Origin: a virus
Lineage: Duplodnaviria; Heunggongvirae; Uroviricota; Caudoviricetes
IMG/VR virus record: IMGVR_UViG_3300025015_000009
Coordinates: 160,001 to 224,000 of that record
Reading direction: 5' to 3' (one strand)
Length of the DNA: 64,000 nt
Shown here: positions 17,811 to 26,393 of the stretch, one piece after another
Layout: the number at the start of each line of letters is the position of its first letter
Position numbering within the stretch: the first letter of the stretch is position 1
The notes under the pieces: generated by a model
Database searches by the model: none
Seen by the model: only the letters and a program-made list of their open reading frames with translations
What the model was told of the DNA's origin: nothing
Position numbers and translations under genes: made by a program

Positions 17811-18286
17811 CGTAACTCACTTTCTTGTTTCATATGTAAGTTAATCGAATCTCCCGAAGTGATGTCAGGAATTTGATATCTTACCATGATCCACCAACTT
17901 GTTATTGCTAAGACAAGAGTAGTGGCACTGTCAGCCGGTGGCGGGTACACAGACAATAGTATCGACAGACAAGTTATTGTCCATAGTGCCGTCCCTACTA
18001 TTGTATCAGATAAAAACAGAAACTTAGTCTTATACCCGGCCAACATTGCCCATATCATAACGCTACCTTGCACTAAAAACAATGCTCCCCAGGTAGTTTC
18101 ACCTGCAAATTTGCTTAGTATCTGATATTCTGGGTAATGAAAAGACACCCCAGGCCAGAGTAACAACAAACCAAAGACCATTGATGACAATCCGACCCAA
18201 GCTAATGATAGCTCGGTTGAGGCGTTGAACAATAGGAACTTTGCTCTATTCAGTACGTTCCGTTTTTTTATTAAAGAATGCGACAT
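17807..18286 (-). CDS. Four-TM membrane protein (holin-like candidate)
   Basis: Four hydrophobic segments and a basic N-terminus. Confidence 0.6.
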   Translation of the reverse strand: MSHSLIKKRNVLNRAKFLLFNASTELSLAWVGLSSMVFGLLLLWPGVSFHYPEYQILSKFAGETTWGALFLVQGSVMIWAMLAGYKTKFLFLSDTIVGTALWTITCLSILLSVYPPPADSATTLVLAITSWWIMVRYQIPDITSGDSINLHMKQESELR

Positions 18287-18290
18287 AGTA

Positions 18291-19424
18291 TTAATTGCTT
18301 GCTACTTTTACTGACACATTAATAACTGCGGTTACCAAATTCCACGGTACTACTGCTCCAGATGCAAACTGAGTTCCTGTACCTGGAACTAATCTAGCAG
18401 TCCGGTTAGTTAGTTTAGTAACGAAGTATGTTCCGTCGGCACTGTCTGTTGCAACAATGGTCATTTCTCCTGCGGCCGACGGGGTTGCAGTAACTAAACT
18501 ACACACACCTGTTCCGTCTACTGTTTTAACTAAGAACCTATGCGAGCCAGTCTGTTTAACAATGTCGATACTTGTTCTATTTTGTCCTCCAGTTACAAAC
18601 GCCGACCCTGCTATTGCATTTTGAGTAGTAGACGATAATACTACCGACGCAAACGTAACACTCTGTGTTGGTGTTGACGTTGGTGCGGCGGTATAGCCAG
18701 AACCTGCGTTAACAATAACAACTGATTTTGCTCTGTATGTTACGGTCAGTAGTGCGCCCGCGCCGCCGGCCACTGTGGTTGTCGCTTGAGCACCACTTAC
18801 TAAGCTCTCGTATGTACCTCTTACAGCAACGGTAACTGTTGCTGCTGGTGCTGCGTCGGCGTTTACGGTGTACGTTATTCCTGTTGGTGTTCCTACCGTT
18901 GTTACTATCGCACCACCAGTACCAGATATTGCTGCTGCATATGAATTAACTAATGTAAATGTAGTTCCTGTTGTGGCTTTAACATAGTACGTTGTTGGGT
19001 CAGTATATCCTACGACCGATCCTGTTCCGCCCCAGGTGCCACTTAACGTGAGTGATTGTCCTACGTATAGAGCTGCGGCATCGCACGAAAATTCACCAGC
19101 AGTTCCTGTGATTGCTACAGTAGTTAAGGTTGCCGTTGCGGCCAACGTAGCAACAGTAAACGTTGTTCCTGCAGTACCTATCGATAGAACTTGACCGACT
19201 TGATAAGCGGCGGTTTGTGTTCCAGATACAGTAGCAGTGTCTGCTTCAGATGTGATTGTACCAGTTGCTGTTACTCCGCCTGGAATAGTTGGGTCTGAAA
19301 ATACAAAAGTCGGTCTAGTAGTATATGCTCCGAGTGCATCTAATGTAACACTCGCTACTCGTTCACCGCCTAATCCGCCAGCTACTGTATTTCCGAAATA
19401 TTTTTTATTTAATGGACGTCCCAT
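18291..19424 (-). CDS. Virion structural protein (possible head decoration or fibre)
   Basis: MGRPLNKKYFG start, T/A/G-rich, GSGYT.AP motif, IVKQTGSHRFLV..G.C.L, FVTKLTNR. Strong AAGGAG RBS and ATAAATA at 19497-19503. Confidence 0.7.
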   Translation of the reverse strand: MGRPLNKKYFGNTVAGGLGGERVASVTLDALGAYTTRPTFVFSDPTIPGGVTATGTITSEADTATVSGTQTAAYQVGQVLSIGTAGTTFTVATLAATATLTTVAITGTAGEFSCDAAALYVGQSLTLSGTWGGTGSVVGYTDPTTYYVKATTGTTFTLVNSYAAAISGTGGAIVTTVGTPTGITYTVNADAAPAATVTVAVRGTYESLVSGAQATTTVAGGAGALLTVTYRAKSVVIVNAGSGYTAAPTSTPTQSVTFASVVLSSTTQNAIAGSAFVTGGQNRTSIDIVKQTGSHRFLVKTVDGTGVCSLVTATPSAAGEMTIVATDSADGTYFVTKLTNRTARLVPGTGTQFASGAVVPWNLVTAVINVSVKVASN

Positions 19425-19499
19425 GTTGTTTCTCCTTTATGTGATGTTCTAGATCCTACGCAGATGGGTTCTGCATAAATTCGTTGCGAACATGTATAT

Positions 19500-19823
19500 T
19501 TATGCTACCGCTGCGGAAAAGGGGGCACCTAGGAAAAACTCGTAAAATTGTTGTTTGCCTACTGTTCTAACAACTGGTCCCGAGACGTGCCAGTTATTTT
19601 GCTTTAATGGTCGAACGTGCTTATTAAACAGATACTTAACACTGTGCAATGTCGAGAACGGAATTCGAAAGTGGGCAACGGTTTGAACATTACTAGGTAA
19701 ACTCATTAGTGCATACACATCAGAGGTAAGATGTAACTCACCTAGAATATATGTGTTTATCTTTGCTGCTGTTTCAGCAACTAATTGATTTGCTGCTCGA
19801 GTTGTTGCAGTACTATAGATCAT
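19500..19823 (-). CDS. Hypothetical protein
   Basis: 107-aa ORF after the capsid terminator, with CTAAATA 4 nt before the ATG. Confidence 0.55.
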   Translation of the reverse strand: MIYSTATTRAANQLVAETAAKINTYILGELHLTSDVYALMSLPSNVQTVAHFRIPFSTLHSVKYLFNKHVRPLKQNNWHVSGPVVRTVGKQQFYEFFLGAPFSAAVA

Positions 19824-19874
19824 TAACTATTTAGTTACAATCGGGTGAATGTCTTCTGTTCAATTCTGTTCAAC

Positions 19875-19902
19875 AAAAAAAGCACCTGAAGGTGCTTTTT
19901 TT
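19875..19902 (-). terminator. Intrinsic terminator downstream of the major capsid gene
   Basis: A7-GCACC-TGAA-GGTGC-T7 on the + strand; symmetrical, so it can act on the minus strand. Confidence 0.9.
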
Positions 19903-19922
19903 GGTTTTGTTGCTTGTTGCTG

Positions 19923-21107
19923 TTATTGGAATGACAGCGAAGAAACGGTAATTTCTCCGAGATAATCGCCAGCGTTACCAAAGCTCGATGCAGTGTTTGT
20001 AAGTTCTACATAACCATAACGAGTTAAGAACCCAACTACTGGTTCGAAGGTTGCTGGATCCAGTACAACGCCGCTGCTCATCAATGGAACGTATGGGCAG
20101 TAGAAAGCAGCCGCATCAGTTTCGCTTGCGCCTTTGTATCCAACAAGCACCGGAGTGCTATCAGATGCATAGCTGTCTACATACACTTTCATTGCGCCAT
20201 TCAGTGTTCCTACAAACTTAGTGTTTGTTGGAGCTTCAAATGTGCCTTCTGTTGAACGAGCAAAAGCGGAAGTTGTAGCTGATTGCAATACTGTTAGTGC
20301 AACTGGTGAAACAACTGCCCAGTTACCTGCACCACGACGAGTACGTTGAGCGATCTTGTTAGCCACACGGTTGATAAGAACAGCAAGTGCAGCATGTTCG
20401 TCACCAACAAAAGTTGCAGTACCGCTAACAGTTGATTGGTCATATGCAGCTTCTGTTGCAGCAAGAGCACGTAGCGAACCTAGAACTTCTTGGTCGATTT
20501 CTACTGTGATTTCTTGAGCCAGGGCCGCCATAATTTCTGCTTCGATATCCAAACCATGCATAGCTTGTGCATCTTGTGCTGCTTCAAACGTCCAGCGAGC
20601 TGACAGTTTGCGAGTTTTTGCTTCAACAACTTGTTTGAGCAATTGCACGTTGATGCGTTTGCCTGGTGCGCCTTCTAGTGCGGCTGTATTATCAGCACGG
20701 CCAGTGGCAGTATTACCAGAGTAAGCAGTTGCAATCTTAAACGGGCTAAGAGCTTCATCTCCAGCTGCTGTGCTTGTAGCTGACCCTAGACCACTGGTAT
20801 CAGTCATAGCATCTGCATAACGTACACGCAGAGTATGGATTTGTGCAATCGGGCCAGTCATTGGTTGAACACCAATGATTTCGTTAGCAATAACAGTTGG
20901 CATCACACGTCGAATCACCGGAAGGATAACGCGATTAAGTGCAGCGATGTTGCCTGCTTGTGTTGCTCCGCCTGTTGCATTTTCTACTAGTTGTTTACGG
21001 GTATTTTCTAAAATAACACCCATTGTTGTGCGACGTGAGCCCTGCAGACCTTCCAACAGTGCATCTTTAGTTTCGCCCCAACGACTTTCTAAAAGTTTGG
21101 TTGACAT
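19923..21107 (-). CDS. gp23: Major capsid protein (T4 gp23-like)
   Basis: LPVIRRVMP..IA.EIIGVQPMTGP, VEAKTRKLSARWT.EAAQD, LAQEI..EID, FYCPYVPL, TRYG. Confidence 0.97.
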   Translation of the reverse strand: MSTKLLESRWGETKDALLEGLQGSRRTTMGVILENTRKQLVENATGGATQAGNIAALNRVILPVIRRVMPTVIANEIIGVQPMTGPIAQIHTLRVRYADAMTDTSGLGSATSTAAGDEALSPFKIATAYSGNTATGRADNTAALEGAPGKRINVQLLKQVVEAKTRKLSARWTFEAAQDAQAMHGLDIEAEIMAALAQEITVEIDQEVLGSLRALAATEAAYDQSTVSGTATFVGDEHAALAVLINRVANKIAQRTRRGAGNWAVVSPVALTVLQSATTSAFARSTEGTFEAPTNTKFVGTLNGAMKVYVDSYASDSTPVLVGYKGASETDAAAFYCPYVPLMSSGVVLDPATFEPVVGFLTRYGYVELTNTASSFGNAGDYLGEITVSSLSFQ

Positions 21108-21133
21108 ATATTTTTTTCCTTTAAGTTGACCAA

Positions 21134-22246
21134 TTATTTCAGCCCGGCTAAACGCTTGAGCTCTACGACATTATCATTGCTGTTGTCGGTGTTTTCTGTG
21201 TTGGCTTGTGACCTAACAGACTTATTTCCAGTAACGGCTGAACGAGACTCATTTAAAGTTGTCTTTTCGGACAATCTTATTCCTGAATTGTTAAGCACGG
21301 CTGGCAAATACTTATCGTATGCCGACTGTAATTTCCCAGTGGATACATTTTCTAAAAGTTCAGACATAACTGCTGCCTTCTCTTTGTTTAACGGTTTAAG
21401 CAATTCGGTTAATGCAGAGTTTCTACTTGCTGACTCTTTAATTACACGAATTTCTTTTTCTTTTGATTCAGCAATCTGTGTTGCCTTAATTGTTTTTTTG
21501 ACTGTTTCAGCAAGCTGACGGTCTTTAACTTTCAGGGCGGTTCTTAGCTTGCTTATTTCTTTGTTCTCATTCAAATGAGTTAACGTGAACTCACTTGCAA
21601 AAGCTTCGAACAAACGACGACCAAACATATTTTCGCGAGCAATTTGAATATCTTCTTTTAGCTGGCTCATTTCTGAGTGAAGGTTTTTAGTAACAGATTC
21701 TTTTACTAGTTTTGCGCTTCGAGTAATGAACTTTTGTTGCATTTCGGCTAACTTCTTTTTGCCTTCTGCAACTAATCGCACCTTAGTCTCAACCACATCA
21801 CGCTTGTCTTTAGCAAACTCTGAGATTTCTTCTGATAATACTGACACTACGAACTTATCGAGTGTAGCAGCACCTTCTTTAATCAGACTTCTATCTTGAC
21901 GGAGTTCTTTTAGTTCTTCTGCTAGTTTGCTAACTAAGAACTTGTTGAATTTTTCTCCTGATTCACGAACAAAGTTTTTATACTTCACACGATCTTCTGC
22001 TAGAGCTTGTTTATCAGCGGCGAACTCTTTAATTTCACCGGATAAAGATTCGGTTACCAGTTTGTCCAGTGCTTCTACCATCACGCTTTTATCATGATTG
22101 TATCGACGAGAGAATTCTTCACGCAACTCAGAACGGGCAGTTTCTTTAGCTTCCGCTAACCTTGCTTCCCATGCTTCTGAAATTGCTTGACGAGTATCTT
22201 CGTTAATAATACCACTATCAATCAGTGGTCGAATAGCATTTAACAT
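21134..22246 (-). CDS. gp22: Prohead scaffold/core protein (T4 gp22-like)
   Basis: Long coiled coil between the protease and capsid genes. FGRRLFEAFASEF and C-terminal LKRLAGL. Confidence 0.85.
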   Translation of the reverse strand: MLNAIRPLIDSGIINEDTRQAISEAWEARLAEAKETARSELREEFSRRYNHDKSVMVEALDKLVTESLSGEIKEFAADKQALAEDRVKYKNFVRESGEKFNKFLVSKLAEELKELRQDRSLIKEGAATLDKFVVSVLSEEISEFAKDKRDVVETKVRLVAEGKKKLAEMQQKFITRSAKLVKESVTKNLHSEMSQLKEDIQIARENMFGRRLFEAFASEFTLTHLNENKEISKLRTALKVKDRQLAETVKKTIKATQIAESKEKEIRVIKESASRNSALTELLKPLNKEKAAVMSELLENVSTGKLQSAYDKYLPAVLNNSGIRLSEKTTLNESRSAVTGNKSVRSQANTENTDNSNDNVVELKRLAGLK

Positions 22247-22315
22247 TCGGATCTCCTATTTAAAATGTTGACGTATTAGATCAACGTTACATCTCATTAA
22301 CTGAGAATTCTTGTA

Positions 22316-22969
22316 CTACCTTAGTTTCATTTCGTTTATTAGACGAATAATCTCTTTAGATAAGAACTGCTGAACCTTCTTATCTTCGTTTAGCTCTCTT
22401 GCTAGTTCAATAGCTTTGTGTCCGTGTTTCATGTTCAGCAAACCTTCGTATATCGCTTCTGGATATGCATTTGGTGCAGACGGTTGAGCAACGATGTCTA
22501 CTGTAATAATTTCAAAATCACTAACATGGCCAGTGCTTTCGTTTACATTGCCACTTCCTCTAGACGACACACCCAGCTTAACTCCGCTTTCTATCATTGA
22601 CTTTATAATGTTGCCCATCGGAGTTGGTAGTATTTTTAACTTGCCGTATCCGTTTGGCCCATCCATGTCCATGTCTACAATCGCATGACTTACTCTATCT
22701 AAGTTAATCTTTAGGTCGTCTGGGTGATCTATTTCACCAAGTACTGGTAAGTTATTAGCAAGCTGCTCTTTGATAGTATTAACTGCCCGTTTGATTTCGT
22801 TAACTGGATATATTCTTTGGTTTGCATTCTTAACACCTCCTTGAATGAAAATACCTTTCATGTGTAGGCATTTTTCTTTATTCCCGAATGCGTCTTCAGA
22901 ATCTTCCATAAACACCAACTGCTTTGACGCAGTTGGGTTAACGTATTCATTAAGTACAAGTTTAGACAT
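22316..22969 (-). CDS. gp21: Prohead protease (T4 gp21-like)
   Basis: GIFIQGGVKNANQRIYP, GEIDHP, RVSH, TPMG, GVSSRGSG, DIVAQPSAP.AYP. Confidence 0.95.
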   Translation of the reverse strand: MSKLVLNEYVNPTASKQLVFMEDSEDAFGNKEKCLHMKGIFIQGGVKNANQRIYPVNEIKRAVNTIKEQLANNLPVLGEIDHPDDLKINLDRVSHAIVDMDMDGPNGYGKLKILPTPMGNIIKSMIESGVKLGVSSRGSGNVNESTGHVSDFEIITVDIVAQPSAPNAYPEAIYEGLLNMKHGHKAIELARELNEDKKVQQFLSKEIIRLINEMKLR

Positions 22970-22978
22970 TATAGTCGA

Positions 22979-23785
22979 TTACTCAGATTTTGCTCTAGCA
23001 CGATCAGAATACCCTTTGGTGTTTGCCCCAGGGCTATTCTCAACCTTACCAATCAATGATCCTTCACCTTTTGTATAAGCATTTGACGGTTTCTTTGGTC
23101 CAGACGGTACTTCGTTTGATCCACCGCGAGCGATGTTCGATGATGTCCCGCCCATGTCGTTTTTACCGGCAACATTGCTTCTCTTGTTTACACTAACAGA
23201 CTTACCTGCAGAGCCAACTTCGCTTCCTTCTGATTTGTTATTAGGGGCGGTTACTTTCTCTACATACTCTCTGACTAGAGACTCTTCAAATTTTCCGTCG
23301 TCACCATCATCATCTAAGTCAGTGCCGTCTAAATCGGTTGAGTCACCTAGATCTTCGTCACTGAGTTCATCAGTGTCACCGAAACCATCCGAATCATCGC
23401 CAGTGTCTTCTCCTGCCATCAGCTGATCGAACTCGGCTTTAAGCTCGTCTATTGCACTCTCTAGATCCATTACTCTATCCTGCAACCCTTCTTCATCACC
23501 GTCGACATCACCGTCAGCATCAAGCGTGTCTTCAGAGTCGACGGTATCTTCGCCGTCATTAACGCTAATACCTTCTTCATCTCCAGCGATATGTTCTTCG
23601 TCGTTACTGATGTCGTTTACAAACGAATTATCGTCGTCGGCTTCGTCAAGTTCTTCTTCTTGGTTTACTAAATCTTCGTATATCTTACGGCTCTGTTCTA
23701 CAACTATTTCGTGAAAGAGGGCTCGAGCTTTTTCCTGATCTTCACTAACGATTAAATCGATTAATTTTTCATACTTTGATGACAT
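22979..23785 (-). CDS. Highly acidic prohead core-like protein
   Basis: D/E-rich centre and located upstream of the protease gene. Start placed at MSSKYEKL (23785), behind an AAGGAG RBS. Confidence 0.7.
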   Translation of the reverse strand: MSSKYEKLIDLIVSEDQEKARALFHEIVVEQSRKIYEDLVNQEEELDEADDDNSFVNDISNDEEHIAGDEEGISVNDGEDTVDSEDTLDADGDVDGDEEGLQDRVMDLESAIDELKAEFDQLMAGEDTGDDSDGFGDTDELSDEDLGDSTDLDGTDLDDDGDDGKFEESLVREYVEKVTAPNNKSEGSEVGSAGKSVSVNKRSNVAGKNDMGGTSSNIARGGSNEVPSGPKKPSNAYTKGEGSLIGKVENSPGANTKGYSDRARAKSE

Positions 23786-23835
23786 TATTGTCTCCTTTGT
23801 GGTGTATAGCAGAATGCATAATTGCATTCTAATAG

Positions 23836-23841
23836 TATTTA
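23836..23841 (-). promoter_or_regulatory. Late promoter core (TAAATA) for the head operon
   Basis: TATTTA on the + strand, 5 nt from a hairpin at 23811-23830. Confidence 0.55.
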
Positions 23842-23889
23842 ATTAAAAGGAGAAAAAGAAGGGAGAAACAGTGGGTTTTTGAAGGATTC

Positions 23890-24399
23890 TTATTTAATTA
23901 ACACCCTATCGCCGGTATCTGTTATAACATAACGATACAACGTCCACCCTTCACCTAATAGTGCAAGGATAGCAAATTGGGTTATACCAGCAACTTCCAA
24001 TGGTGTATTATAAAATAACGTATCTCCTAAGGAGGTATTAAAATTTACGTTATTCGGAAACCTATGTGCTGTGTTGTTAATTGTTATTAAATAATCATTA
24101 GCTGCTGTAATTTTCGATAAAATTGCGGGACTATTTGTTGTGTATAGTTCTAAAGTCTTCCATTGGCCATATATTACGACTCCGAGCGGAGTATATGTGT
24201 TTCCGATTATCGGTTTAAGAGAATGTTGTTTGTGGTACTCGATGAAATCTTTTGCTCGAGTTAATTCGTCGGAACTCTCAAACAGCTTACTTTTTTCGAT
24301 ATTAATCTGTTCTTGAGTTATAACTCCATCTGCTAACAAAACATCATAATGTTCATCAAAAAAAGATCTGATATTAGTTACAAACTCAGTTGCTGTCAT
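23890..24399 (-). CDS. Hypothetical protein, AT-rich
   Basis: Likely start MTATEF at 24399, just after the upstream stop (the ORF track opens at 24426). Confidence 0.6.
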   Translation of the reverse strand: MTATEFVTNIRSFFDEHYDVLLADGVITQEQINIEKSKLFESSDELTRAKDFIEYHKQHSLKPIIGNTYTPLGVVIYGQWKTLELYTTNSPAILSKITAANDYLITINNTAHRFPNNVNFNTSLGDTLFYNTPLEVAGITQFAILALLGEGWTLYRYVITDTGDRVLIK

Positions 24400-24403
24400 T
24401 AGG

Positions 24404-24631
24404 CTACATGCCCATTCCGCCGTCACCTGCTGGCGCAGAGTACTGAGTTTTAACTTTCTTGATTTTATGTTCTGTTTCTAACTTTCTAATATCGTTTAGT
24501 AGACGAAGCTTGTTGATCTGTGCCAGACTGAGGCGTGTCTTTCTCACGTCAGACAGCTTTGTGACTGAGTTATCTTCTTTCTCGTCACTATACCCAGTTG
24601 GGATTTTATCAAAAATTTCAACAATATACAT
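24404..24631 (-). CDS. Small head-module protein
   Basis: 75 aa with RKTRLSL.QINKLR. It follows the portal gene and has TATAAATA upstream. Confidence 0.7.
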   Translation of the reverse strand: MYIVEIFDKIPTGYSDEKEDNSVTKLSDVRKTRLSLAQINKLRLLNDIRKLETEHKIKKVKTQYSAPAGDGGMGM

Positions 24632-24636
24632 GAATA

Positions 24637-24644
24637 TATTTATA
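24637..24644 (-). promoter_or_regulatory. T4 consensus late promoter TATAAATA
   Basis: TATTTATA on the + strand, 5 nt from the ATG at 24631. Confidence 0.7.
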
Positions 24645-24655
24645 CTTTTTTGTTA

Positions 24656-26350
24656 TTACGCTGGGCTAGGTGCACTTGGTGGCGCGCCTGGGGCAGCAGG
24701 CGGTTCCCCAGCAACATCTTCCATACCGGCGCCGCCCATATCATCAGATGACAGATCGTCTATATTACCCAGGTCGCCTGCTATTCCGCCTGGTGTTACT
24801 CCAACCGACCGTAGATCTGCGCCTTGTGCAGAATCTTGTGGACCATCGGTTTGTTCTTCTGCCCACATTGTTTCGTTTTCTAGCATTTCTTCTTCTGTTA
24901 ATCCTAAATACCGTTTTAAAAGGAATCTTTTGCTGAGATATGGAATTTGTTCAAGCTGAGTGTATGATGAAATATGTGTTGTGTCTAATTCTGCCTGGCG
25001 ATATTTTGCAAAATTTTGTGGCTCTGGAAACTTAATTTCAAATAAGCTGTTATCTATTGTTATGCCTCGCCATCTCATAAACATCTTGAATTCGTGGTCA
25101 AACGTGCTACTTATTCTGCTTTGTAACCGTTTACAATATTGATTAAATCTCCATTCTTGAATTAACGCAGTAGTTGCTTTGCCGTCATTAAATGTGCTTT
25201 GTCCGTCTTCTGCTTCTGTTGGTAGGTAACTACTTGGAATTCTTAGTCCTCTGAATAGCTTGTTCGTAAAGAAGCGTAAATCAGTGATTTCCCCTAAGTT
25301 CGTTCCCCCTGGTAATACCTCGACAGACGATCCTCTTCCGTCGGCGGTTGTAGGGAAGAAGAAGTCTTCGTTTTGTCCAATGGTATTATACGTAGAGTCA
25401 ACGATACTAGAGCCGCCGCCGGTTTGTGACGGTATTCTTCTCTGATGTATTTCGTTTTTAACTCGTTCAACAAATGCCATCGCCATATGAGACGGCATAT
25501 TACCAACGTCAATTTTAAAAATTCTGCGTTCAGGTGCGCGCTGAATTCTATATATAATAATAGAATCTTCTAGTAGTTCTTTTTGTTTGTATACTTTAAA
25601 TATGTTCTCTAATACGCTATTACCAAATGGCCAGAACGCATCTAACCCCTCAGTTAAACTGCAATGAACAATGTGTTCTGCATTAATAGCTACTTCGTTT
25701 CTTTCATGAGTAAATCTTCCACCACCAGTGTACGGTTGTTTAGATTGTACATACCCACCGCCGGTTAGTTGTGGATTTGCTGAGTACGTATCTGATACTG
25801 TTATTGCTGTTGCTGTTAGATTTTGTAGATTTACTCCCAGATCTTTAATAAAATACTGCTCGGGTTCTTTTCCGTTAGTCTCGTTGACAATAATTTTCGT
25901 TACTTTACTCATTTCAGTCCAAAACAACTTAAATGTTTCTGGATCTCGAATCAGCACCTGATCTCCAAATTTTAATACGTTACGAACAATCTTAAACATC
26001 CGGCGGTTAAATTCGTTGATCGCGTTCCACTCGACTAGCTGCTCTTTAATAATCTTAATTTCGTTATCAGTTGGAGTTTCTTTGAACACAACATCAAACG
26101 CGGTGTTGTTCTTATCGTTGACTTGTGAACAGAACTCAGCTAGAATATCTAACGCAGCATTAATTTCTGAATCAGCATCCATTTGCTCAAGTTGGCTATA
26201 CCGTTCGATTCTATTTGGATGGCCAATATAAATCTCTGGCAAAGTGCTCTGCCAATTAGTATGATTCGTACCGTATTCTGAATTTTTCCCCGATATAGGG
26301 CTAACGTTGTCAACTGCAACTGTTTTAAAATACTTCTTCCATCCGGCCAT
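24656..26350 (-). CDS. gp20: Portal protein (T4 gp20-like)
   Basis: EINAALDI.AE, LLEDSIIIYRIQRAPERRIFKIDVGNMP, EDFFFP...GRGS.VE.LPGG.NLG, L.IPSSYL. ATAAATA at 26371-26377. Confidence 0.96.
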   Translation of the reverse strand: MAGWKKYFKTVAVDNVSPISGKNSEYGTNHTNWQSTLPEIYIGHPNRIERYSQLEQMDADSEINAALDILAEFCSQVNDKNNTAFDVVFKETPTDNEIKIIKEQLVEWNAINEFNRRMFKIVRNVLKFGDQVLIRDPETFKLFWTEMSKVTKIIVNETNGKEPEQYFIKDLGVNLQNLTATAITVSDTYSANPQLTGGGYVQSKQPYTGGGRFTHERNEVAINAEHIVHCSLTEGLDAFWPFGNSVLENIFKVYKQKELLEDSIIIYRIQRAPERRIFKIDVGNMPSHMAMAFVERVKNEIHQRRIPSQTGGGSSIVDSTYNTIGQNEDFFFPTTADGRGSSVEVLPGGTNLGEITDLRFFTNKLFRGLRIPSSYLPTEAEDGQSTFNDGKATTALIQEWRFNQYCKRLQSRISSTFDHEFKMFMRWRGITIDNSLFEIKFPEPQNFAKYRQAELDTTHISSYTQLEQIPYLSKRFLLKRYLGLTEEEMLENETMWAEEQTDGPQDSAQGADLRSVGVTPGGIAGDLGNIDDLSSDDMGGAGMEDVAGEPPAAPGAPPSAPSPA

Positions 26351-26393
26351 AATCAATCCTTATTGTAAGTTATTTATGTGCAGGGAGGCACAA

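Noticed and set aside
22979-23827. Upstream start (MQLCILL...) for the acidic core protein
   Set aside because: It lies within a leader hairpin and has no RBS. The ATG at 23785 has a strong AAGGAG.
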